Below the pieces are notes generated by a model. The model ran no database searches, had not been told where the DNA came from, and saw only the letters and a list, made by a program, of their open reading frames with translations. A stretch of 64,000 bases of DNA from an uncultured Thiotrichales bacterium (GTDB lineage: Bacteria > Pseudomonadota > Gammaproteobacteria > Francisellales > CACEW01): assembly GCA_903870015.1 (NCBI GenBank), contig CAIQBE010000050.1, positions 15,984 to 79,983 on the forward strand, written 5' to 3'. Numbering within the stretch: position 1 is the stretch's first letter; every line of letters begins with the position of its first letter. Positions 13,620-21,304 of the stretch are shown here, piece after piece. The translations under genes and the position numbers were made by a program.

Positions 13620-13999
13620 ACACAAAAAACACAACAAAGCTCGAACTACTACGCTTTTTAATCATTGGAAGTATCAACACGCTCTTTAGCTATAGCTTAT
13701 TTTGCTTTTTCATCGCCATTAAAACACCCCATGTTCTTGCTATTAGCTTAGCCTACGTATGCGGCGTAACTTTTAATTTTCAAACCATTGGACGATTTGT
13801 GTTTAAATCTCATAATAATCGCTTAATTTTCAAATTTACTTTGGTATACCTATTACTTTACGTAATCAATCTTGGCACCATAGAGCTGACTAACCACTTT
13901 ATCGCGAACTGGTACTTAAGTGGCGGCATCACCTCGATTTTTTGCGCCGCAATATCATTTATTCTCAACAAATACTGGGTCTTTAAAAAAAGCTGCTAA
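13616..13999 (+). CDS. GtrA-family membrane protein (putative polyprenyl-phosphate-sugar flippase)
   Basis: 127 aa with 4 hydrophobic helices. N-terminal LLRFLIIGSINT and C-terminal NKYWVFK motifs typical of the GtrA family. Confidence 0.75.
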   Translation: MNTKNTTKLELLRFLIIGSINTLFSYSLFCFFIAIKTPHVLAISLAYVCGVTFNFQTIGRFVFKSHNNRLIFKFTLVYLLLYVINLGTIELTNHFIANWYLSGGITSIFCAAISFILNKYWVFKKSC

Positions 14000-15011
14000 T
14001 CGTTTTAGCCAAAGCAACCTCTAAGACTAAATTCGCTGGTAAATTAAGCTCATCCATGGCCCGCTGCACCGAAGGAACATAACGCGCTGGTAAAACATCA
14101 ACATCTCTTTTTTTAGCGATTTCAACAGAGGTATTAAAAAACGATGCGACTTTATGCGCAATCTGCTCAATATCATAATCTTCATCCGAGCCTACATTAT
14201 AAGGATAACAAGATTGCCCACGCACCAAAATATGCAATAACCACACCACCAAATCAGCCGCATATTGATACGATCTAAACGCCGAACCATCGCTATTGAC
14301 TTTAATTGGCCCACCATTTAAACCATCACGAATAAAATTACCCACCGCAAAATGGGCATCTAGCGGAAGATAAGGCCCCACAAAAGCAAAGCAACGCGCC
14401 ATTTTGATGGAAAGGTGATAAAGATGATGATACTGGCAACACAAATGCTCTGCCGTATATTTACCAATACCATAAGCATTATGGGTATTATAAATATCAG
14501 GAGCGCATTGATAGGCCTCAGAAATATGGGCAATATCAGCGGGCTGCCGTCCATAAACAGCACCAGAACTGACAAACAATACCTGGGGTTTCTCCGCCTG
14601 CGCTACACAAAGATCCAAAACATGTTGCGTACCTTCCAAAATCGTAGAAAGCATTGCTAAAGGATTAGACTCATTAAGCACTGCACTCGCGGCTGTTGCT
14701 GCATGAATGACATGGGTAAAAGCCTCATTCACCTCAAAATTACGTGTATCACCCTTGATATACTTCAGGCCTGGAAATTGCAAATACGGAAATTCTTTGA
14801 TGAAAAGATCTGGATCACGACTTAAGACCGTTACATTGATACCCTCAATACCTTGCAACGCTAATAGCAGCGACTTCCCAAAAAAACCAGTGCCTCCTGT
14901 TAATAAAATTTTAGCATGCTTAAGTTCAGGCAACAATGATGCTATACGACTTAAAATATAGCGCTGATCTTCCGCCAAAAGAGCATTGCTAACGTTTTCT
15001 GAAACTAACAT
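13983..15011 (-). CDS. extended-SDR NAD-dependent sugar epimerase/dehydratase
   Basis: 342 aa. ILLTGGTGFFG Rossmann motif and AYGIGKYTAE (YxxxK). The 3' end overlaps the convergent GtrA gene by 17 nt. Confidence 0.8.
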   Translation of the reverse strand: MLVSENVSNALLAEDQRYILSRIASLLPELKHAKILLTGGTGFFGKSLLLALQGIEGINVTVLSRDPDLFIKEFPYLQFPGLKYIKGDTRNFEVNEAFTHVIHAATAASAVLNESNPLAMLSTILEGTQHVLDLCVAQAEKPQVLFVSSGAVYGRQPADIAHISEAYQCAPDIYNTHNAYGIGKYTAEHLCCQYHHLYHLSIKMARCFAFVGPYLPLDAHFAVGNFIRDGLNGGPIKVNSDGSAFRSYQYAADLVVWLLHILVRGQSCYPYNVGSDEDYDIEQIAHKVASFFNTSVEIAKKRDVDVLPARYVPSVQRAMDELNLPANLVLEVALAKTISSFF

Positions 15012-16194
15012 TTTTTACCCCTTCATAAATAATCAAAGCTGAAATCGTAAACATAATAACAATATTGATAAAATCATTGATCGGTGCACGACTCGGTTCA
15101 AAAACATAATAGTTTTTGGGAATCAGCAGCAAAACAATCAAAACAAGATAATACCCATCAAAACGACTTTTGTGCTCTCGCGTTAAAAATAGCAAAAACA
15201 ATGGCAACAAATAAAGCAACTTATAATCATAAGATATAGTAGGAAACATAATGATCACAAAAACTAAAAGCGCAATATTCTTCCAAAATGCCGACTCCAC
15301 ACGAATAATATACACTGAAATCATTAAAAAGATAAACGCCGTAAAAATCGTATAAGGCATTAACAAATACTGAATAGCATGATTGTAAACACTCATATTG
15401 GATAATGTGGAGGATGACATATACCAAACATAAACTCTCAGCACTCCCCATAACGAAGCGGATTGAGACACAGATTGAATGGCAAAAACCAGATTATTCT
15501 GCACATCAGACATTGCCTTAAAATACAAAGATACGTTTTCCAACATCGTACCGGAAAAACTGGCCAAGGCCAAAAATGAAAATAGAAGCGCCAAGAAAAT
15601 GCACAAAAAAAATGCTTTATATTGTTTATCCTTAAGAAACAGAACTAAAAAAACCGCAGGAAAACCTTTCATGCCAATGGCAATAAACAAAAAAATCAGA
15701 CTTAAATAATACCGTTTTTGCTGATAGGCCACTAAAAATGAAGCCACAAAAATAAATAACAAACCTTCAATATTACCCCGATCAAAAAACCTCAGAACAG
15801 GATAGCTAACATAAAAAACACTGAGTATTAATAAATAATCAAAAGTACTAAATGCACTCTTAAAACCCCGAGTATAATAAACCAACAACGCAAAAACAAA
15901 TACTGAAAATAATAAATAAAAAGCGATGAGAGAAACCATAGGCGAAAGCCAGGTAAACGGTAAAAAAACCAAATACGCCAAGGGGAAATAATTTGGAGCA
16001 GGCCCCGCATAGGGATTTAAGCCCTGGGTAGATGCATACGTTTTAGCAAAATCATGTAAACTGTCAGAAGGCACATATAAAAAAGTATCATAAGGATAGC
16101 CACGAGCCCCCATTAAAGCAATACACAAAAACGCTAATAACAAACCCAATACAATAATAACAACACAGCATTGCAATTCTTTTTTTTGAGACAT
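14989..16194 (-). CDS. polytopic membrane glycosyltransferase candidate (GT-C fold, PimE/GT87-DUF2029-like), paralogue 2
   Basis: 401 aa from ATG 16194, which has a GAAGGAG RBS (the ORF-track GTG start at 16224 was rejected). RFFDRGNIE and MKGFPAVFLVLFLKDKQYKA align with paralogue 1. Confidence 0.6.
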   Translation of the reverse strand: MSQKKELQCCVVIIVLGLLLAFLCIALMGARGYPYDTFLYVPSDSLHDFAKTYASTQGLNPYAGPAPNYFPLAYLVFLPFTWLSPMVSLIAFYLLFSVFVFALLVYYTRGFKSAFSTFDYLLILSVFYVSYPVLRFFDRGNIEGLLFIFVASFLVAYQQKRYYLSLIFLFIAIGMKGFPAVFLVLFLKDKQYKAFFLCIFLALLFSFLALASFSGTMLENVSLYFKAMSDVQNNLVFAIQSVSQSASLWGVLRVYVWYMSSSTLSNMSVYNHAIQYLLMPYTIFTAFIFLMISVYIIRVESAFWKNIALLVFVIIMFPTISYDYKLLYLLPLFLLFLTREHKSRFDGYYLVLIVLLLIPKNYYVFEPSRAPINDFINIVIMFTISALIIYEGVKNVSFRKR

Positions 16195-16224
16195 AACCAC
16201 TCCTTCACATGAATTCAAAAGCAC

Positions 16225-18252
16225 CTATCTAGGAACTAAGAACAACATAGAACCCGCTGAGTTTTTTGCCTTAATCTGATAACGTAATAATAGGCCATTC
16301 AAATTAATACTGTCGAACGGCGCAGAATTCAAACCAACACCATAAAAGAGACAATGAACAGGATGATGTAAAAGCTGATACTGCAAATCGTCAAGATCGC
16401 TTTGTAAAAGCATTTCTACAAGCCCAGGACCCTGAATAGGAGAGGCTAGTTTTGTCTCTAAATAATAAGCCGCCTGCCGCTGTGACAAAATAACACACTC
16501 TTGATTCGCACCTTTATACTGCTGAATAAAACTGATTTCACTAGCAACAAGACTAGTGGCAGCGGGAGGGAAAAGGTTCACACCACCCTGCAACAGCTTA
16601 GGAAGCGATAAGAATAAATTTTCCGAAGCAAAAATAATAACAATCCAAAAGGGTATCGTAATGATTAATAGTGTTTTTGCTATCAACCCTTTACTAACAA
16701 GATACAATAGCCTATCAACCAATAACGCACCTACAATTATTGCAGGCCATAGCACAGTGATGAGCACAAAAACATGAGAGCGCCCAGTATAATATACAAA
16801 AATACCCACCCCTAAAATACTGACATACAAAATAAGGTCTAAAAAACCGCGGGAAACACCCCCCTTATGCCAATAATATTGGGAAAAAATTATTCCAAAA
16901 AGATACAGAGCAACAACAAGCATCCAGGGATGTAAATGGAGCGGCAGAGGTAGCATACCATAACCCATAAGATAAAATATGTGTTGATATTTATCAATCC
17001 ACCCGTAATGAATCGGACCTCCAGATTTTAAAAATATCCCGTAGAAAAAAGCAGCTATACAAAAACTAATAATAAAGATGTGCAAGATAAACCGAAGCAA
17101 TATGCTATATATTTCATCTTTTCTTCGCCCCCAAGATCGCTTTTGATCGGTTAAACAAAATAAATTTCTTAACAACAAAAAAGCTAGAAAAGCACCTGCA
17201 ATAGGTATACCCGTATCTAAATTCCAAATAATAGCAATAGCCGATACAAAAGAAAAAAGCATACTCTTAACCAGTGAGGGCTTTTTTGCATACAAATAAA
17301 ATACCAAAATAGAAATACAGGGCCAAAAAAAACGAATGGGACTGTATTGAAAATACGGATCATAAGGACTATAAATGGGAGACTGCAATACATATACAAA
17401 AGCATTGGTATTAACCAATAATAGCGCAAGACCAGTCAGTAAAAATAAAGGCGTGTAACGCAACTCTTTATGTAAGACATAAAAAATAGCCGCATACGCC
17501 AAGAGAAGAAGACTCGACAATAAAACCGTCAAAGCAAACAAGGAGCGCGCACCCAGAAAATACAATATAGGCCCTATAAATACAGAATAGTTACCATACT
17601 GCGTCGGAAAATCAACTAATGGAAGCTTACCCGCAACTGCCTGACTAATACTGTAAAGCGGAGCATCTACTGAGATGGTAAGATAAGCAATACCTGGAGA
17701 AAATATCCGAAAAGCTAAGCTAATCAAAATAAATAAAGCAAATAATACATACCAACTTGCCCATCTATATTTTTGATTAGTGACAGATTTTGAAAGATCA
17801 TAGCGCCAAATAAGGAAAAAAATAATAACACCAAATATACTGCAGCTTTGCTCATGATAATCGGATAAAACCAATATTAAATCAGAACCATAAAGTGTAA
17901 AAAAAGCTATCATAGTCATTACAACAAGCAAAAATCTTATGACGAACTCCACATAATATTGAGAACTAAAATGAGAAGCCCCTCTAGCAATATAGGTAAT
18001 AAGCAAAGATGCAATAATAGGAACTAAAAAACACGATGATAGAAAAACAAAGTTTTCACCGGGCTTAGGGATAGTTGATAGCAGATGCTGAAAAGCCTGA
18101 GTAATAACAATATGAGGTAGCGGTGAATGCGGCAACAGTGCATATACATGAACCAAGATATGCACACAAAAAACAACAAAAATGACTAAACCCACATAGC
18201 AGAGCAAAAGCGTTAAAAATATTTGATTATTTTTTTCTTTCAAGCTCATCAT
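16225..18252 (-). CDS. large polytopic membrane protein of unknown function (possible third GT-C-type transferase or polymerase)
   Basis: 675 aa with many hydrophobic segments, then a ~110-aa soluble C-terminal domain. No motif I recognise. Lies between the GT2 gene and GT-C paralogue 2 on the same strand with minimal gaps. Confidence 0.5.
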   Translation of the reverse strand: MMSLKEKNNQIFLTLLLCYVGLVIFVVFCVHILVHVYALLPHSPLPHIVITQAFQHLLSTIPKPGENFVFLSSCFLVPIIASLLITYIARGASHFSSQYYVEFVIRFLLVVMTMIAFFTLYGSDLILVLSDYHEQSCSIFGVIIFFLIWRYDLSKSVTNQKYRWASWYVLFALFILISLAFRIFSPGIAYLTISVDAPLYSISQAVAGKLPLVDFPTQYGNYSVFIGPILYFLGARSLFALTVLLSSLLLLAYAAIFYVLHKELRYTPLFLLTGLALLLVNTNAFVYVLQSPIYSPYDPYFQYSPIRFFWPCISILVFYLYAKKPSLVKSMLFSFVSAIAIIWNLDTGIPIAGAFLAFLLLRNLFCLTDQKRSWGRRKDEIYSILLRFILHIFIISFCIAAFFYGIFLKSGGPIHYGWIDKYQHIFYLMGYGMLPLPLHLHPWMLVVALYLFGIIFSQYYWHKGGVSRGFLDLILYVSILGVGIFVYYTGRSHVFVLITVLWPAIIVGALLVDRLLYLVSKGLIAKTLLIITIPFWIVIIFASENLFLSLPKLLQGGVNLFPPAATSLVASEISFIQQYKGANQECVILSQRQAAYYLETKLASPIQGPGLVEMLLQSDLDDLQYQLLHHPVHCLFYGVGLNSAPFDSINLNGLLLRYQIKAKNSAGSMLFLVPR

Positions 18253-18274
18253 TCAATGCATACCCCATATTAAA

Positions 18275-19018
18275 CTAAAGCCGAACCACCCGCACTTTCT
18301 GATCACGCCCCTTATACCCCATCAACCGTACAATATGCCGCAAGTAATTCCACTGCTCTTTTAAGCCCATTTTAGAATCACCGGCATCACGCGCATGAAA
18401 TGCATAAGGCAATTCACAAATACTGGCGTACTGACCCTTAACCAACACTTCAATCAAAATTTTCCAACCAATCGGATCAAGAGGCGCACCCTCAATCACC
18501 GAACGACGCAAGCCAAAATAACCTCCAGTACAATCAGAAACATCTCGCAAACGCTTAATCAAAAGCCGGCCCAAACAACGGGCGCTCCAAGAAATAAATT
18601 TACGAACAACATTTAAGCCCCCCGCATCCCCGCCCTGGATAAAACGACTGGGGATAACAATATCATAAGTTTTAAGCTGCTTAAAAATCTCTGGCAATAA
18701 CTCAGGAGGATGCTGCAAATCCGCATCCATCACAATCATAAAATCAGCAAGACTTCGTAAAAATCCTTCAACCACCGCCGTACCAAGCCCTCGATTATTT
18801 TCACGATGCACATATCTCACCTGAGAAAATTCTTGCGCTAATCTTGCCAACAACACGGGGGTATCATCACGACTATCATCAATAAATAAAATTTCATAAC
18901 TAATATCAAGCCCCGACAAGACAGCCATGATCTTACGACTCAGTGTTTCAACATTGGAACTTTCATTGAATGAAGGAATAATAATACTTAGATCCACAAA
19001 ACCACCCTTTAAAGCCAA
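18275..19018 (-). CDS. GT2 polyprenyl-phosphate glycosyltransferase (Dpm1/Ppm1-like, probably polyprenyl-phosphate mannose synthase)
   Basis: 247 aa. LSIIIPSFNES, FIDDSRDDT and MDADLQHPPE motifs. No C-terminal TM helices, unlike ArnC/GtrB. The start is ambiguous (TTG 19018 or GTG 18997). Divergent from manC. Confidence 0.75.
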   Translation of the reverse strand: MALKGGFVDLSIIIPSFNESSNVETLSRKIMAVLSGLDISYEILFIDDSRDDTPVLLARLAQEFSQVRYVHRENNRGLGTAVVEGFLRSLADFMIVMDADLQHPPELLPEIFKQLKTYDIVIPSRFIQGGDAGGLNVVRKFISWSARCLGRLLIKRLRDVSDCTGGYFGLRRSVIEGAPLDPIGWKILIEVLVKGQYASICELPYAFHARDAGDSKMGLKEQWNYLRHIVRLMGYKGRDQKVRVVRL

Positions 19019-19114
19019 CTCTACTGCAAGTTATTTGTTAAATAATCTAGTTTTAGCGTGGAATTGGTATTACAATAAACCGCAATTATATCAAACAATT
19101 AAGTGAATCGCTGC

Positions 19115-20515
19115 ATGAGCATTATTATTCCGATTATTTTAGCCGGTGGTAGCGGCTCAAGGCTATGGCCGCTCTCGCGTGAGCATTACCCCAAACAGCT
19201 GCTATCACTCATTGGCAAATATTCACTCTTACAAGAAACAGTAAAACGATCACAAAAAATACCACTCACGCAAGACCCCATTATTATCTGCAATAAAGAG
19301 CATCAATTTCTAATTAGCGAGCAAATGCAAGCGATTGACATCAAAAACCCACGACTCATTCTTGAATCAGTAGGACGCAACACAGCCCCCGCTATTGCCA
19401 TGGCAGCTTATGTCGCACAAAGCCTACACCCTCATGAAACGCCTTTATTATTAGTGTTACCCGCAGATCATATGATTCAAGATCTAGATATTTTTACTGA
19501 GCGAGTATCAAGTAGCGTTGCGCTTGCAGAACAAGGCTATTTAAGCACTTTTGGCATCACCCCAAGCTATGCTGAAACTGGCTACGGCTATATAAAATCC
19601 GGAAAAATGCTCACAAACAATATTTACGAAATTGCTGAATTTGTAGAAAAACCACCGCTAGACAAAGCTGAAACCTATCTAAAAGACGGCTCATATTACT
19701 GGAATAGTGGTATATTTCTATTTAGCAGCAACACTTACCTAGAGGAGCTAAAAAAATATCGCCCCGATATTGCCAAAGCCTGTGCAGAAGAAGTCCATCA
19801 GCTAACCCTCATTAAAAACTGTTATCATTTAAACGCGAGTTTCAAAACTTGTCCAAGCGAATCTATCGATTATGCCGTGATGGAAAAAACTGACAAAGCA
19901 CTCATCACCCCCCTGCCAATAAGATGGAGTGATGTGGGCTCATGGTCGGCGTTATTTGATATTTTACCCAAAGACCCGGAAGGCAATATCATCCAAGGGG
20001 ATGTCACCTCAATCGATGTTAAAAACTGCTATATTCGCGCCGAAAATAGACTCGTCGCCATCGCAGGACTGAAGGATCATATCGTCGTCGAAACTCAAGA
20101 TGCCGTCATGGTCGCACACAAAGACTACGCCCAAAAAGTAAAAGACTTATTCAACAATCTAAAATCAAATGCCCGCAATGAAGTCATAGAACATCGCATC
20201 GTTAATCGCCCCTGGGGAACTTACGAAGTATTAATTGAAGCCCCCCAATATCGGGTCAAACACGTAATCATTAAACCAGGACAAAGCCTAACCAATCAAA
20301 TTCATCAACATCGTAGCGAGCACTGGGTCGTGCTTAAAGGCACCGCCACAGTCAACGTCAATAACATCAAAAAAATATTACAAAATTACGAATCTACGTT
20401 TATTCCCATGAATCAAGAACATCAACTCAGCAATCAAAGTAGCGAAATGCTAGAAATTATCGAAATTCAAACCGGAACCTATGTCGGAGAAGACGATATT
20501 CAACATCCAGGATAA
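19115..20515 (+). CDS. manC: mannose-1-phosphate guanylyltransferase / mannose-6-phosphate isomerase
   Basis: ILAGGSGSRLWPLSR nucleotidyltransferase motif. C-terminal cupin domain (RPWGTYE..., HRSEHWVV). Start placed at ATG 19115. Confidence 0.9.
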   Translation: MSIIIPIILAGGSGSRLWPLSREHYPKQLLSLIGKYSLLQETVKRSQKIPLTQDPIIICNKEHQFLISEQMQAIDIKNPRLILESVGRNTAPAIAMAAYVAQSLHPHETPLLLVLPADHMIQDLDIFTERVSSSVALAEQGYLSTFGITPSYAETGYGYIKSGKMLTNNIYEIAEFVEKPPLDKAETYLKDGSYYWNSGIFLFSSNTYLEELKKYRPDIAKACAEEVHQLTLIKNCYHLNASFKTCPSESIDYAVMEKTDKALITPLPIRWSDVGSWSALFDILPKDPEGNIIQGDVTSIDVKNCYIRAENRLVAIAGLKDHIVVETQDAVMVAHKDYAQKVKDLFNNLKSNARNEVIEHRIVNRPWGTYEVLIEAPQYRVKHVIIKPGQSLTNQIHQHRSEHWVVLKGTATVNVNNIKKILQNYESTFIPMNQEHQLSNQSSEMLEIIEIQTGTYVGEDDIQHPG

Positions 20516-20578
20516 AACTATTAAATTCAGGGCACTTTTGGTAAAATACCGATACCCAAACCTTGAGAATCAACAGAA

Positions 20579-20890
20579 ATGAGCATCGAAACCCTAATTC
20601 AAGAACAAATCAATACCAACCCCTTGATTGTGTACATGAAAGGCACCCCAGAGATCCCCATGTGCGGCTTTTCCGCTAAAGTCGTAGCCATACTCCAATC
20701 CTACAACGTGCCGTTTGACCACATCAACGTTCTAGACAATCCAGAAATCCGAGCAACCCTCCCAAAAATGGCCAACTGGCCCACCTTCCCCCAAATCTAC
20801 GTCAACGGCGAATTAATCGGCGGCTGTGACATATTAGTAGAACTACACGAAGCGGGAGAGCTTCAAGAAATACTAGACACAGTAAAATAA
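20579..20890 (+). CDS. grxD: monothiol glutaredoxin (Grx4 family)
   Basis: 103 aa. CGFS active site and WPTFPQIYVNGELIGGCD. Confidence 0.93.
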   Translation: MSIETLIQEQINTNPLIVYMKGTPEIPMCGFSAKVVAILQSYNVPFDHINVLDNPEIRATLPKMANWPTFPQIYVNGELIGGCDILVELHEAGELQEILDTVK

Positions 20891-20902
20891 AAAGGCCCGA
20901 CA

Positions 20903-20937
20903 AGCCATCCTATTGCATAGCGCAAAGAAGGATGGCT
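20903..20937. terminator. hairpin between convergent grxD and the tRNA operon
   Basis: agccatcct / aggatggct 9-bp stem with a 17-nt loop that contains an inner ttgc/gcaa pairing. On the minus strand a T-run follows after about 9 nt (complement of aaaaaaggcccga). Confidence 0.45.
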
Positions 20938-20938
20938 A

Positions 20939-20986
20939 GCCGAGCCGAAGCGCAATCGGCATTAAGCCGATCAGCGCGAAGGATGG
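20939..20986 (-). repeat. tRNA-trailer hairpin element, copy A (abuts the CCA end of tRNA-Glu)
   Basis: 48 nt, about 84% identical to 46031..46079. Central stem atcggc/gccgat is extended by gcgc/gcgc. Confidence 0.6.
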
Positions 20987-21059
20987 CGTCCCCACGGGGA
21001 TTCGAACCCCGGTTACCGCCGTGAAAGGGCGATGTCCTAGGCCTCTAGACGATGGGGAC
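20984..21059 (-). tRNA. tRNA-Glu (anticodon UUC)
   Basis: 76-nt cloverleaf folded by hand: GTCCCCA acceptor, anticodon loop CTTTCAC, GGTTCGAATCC T-arm, encoded CCA. Confidence 0.93.
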
Positions 21060-21080
21060 AGAGGCAAAAAAACCTGTGTT

Positions 21081-21156
<76 letters not shown>

Positions 21157-21175
21157 TTTAATAAATGGGCTATGC

Positions 21176-21204
21176 ATCATAAAATTTTATCGATTCTAAG
21201 TCAA
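21176..21204 (-). promoter_or_regulatory. sigma70-type promoter for the tRNA-Ala/tRNA-Glu unit
   Basis: On the minus strand, TTGACT - 17 nt - TATGAT. The -10 ends 19 nt before the tRNA-Ala 5' end. Confidence 0.5.
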
Positions 21205-21304
21205 GCATTACTTAACACTTGCTGACAAAAACACAATAAATTAAACGACCACGGTGCGAGATGATATACTATTTAGACTAAACAAGCAAGAAATTTAAAA
21301 AAAA

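Noticed and set aside
20926-20986. Direct repeat gaaggatgg flanking trailer element copy A, considered as a target-site duplication or att remnant at the tRNA-Glu 3' end
   Set aside because: The left copy is part of the grxD/tRNA terminator hairpin. The same gaagg-N-tgg ending also occurs in copy B at a different tRNA, so it belongs to the element or tRNA junction rather than being a duplication of the target.
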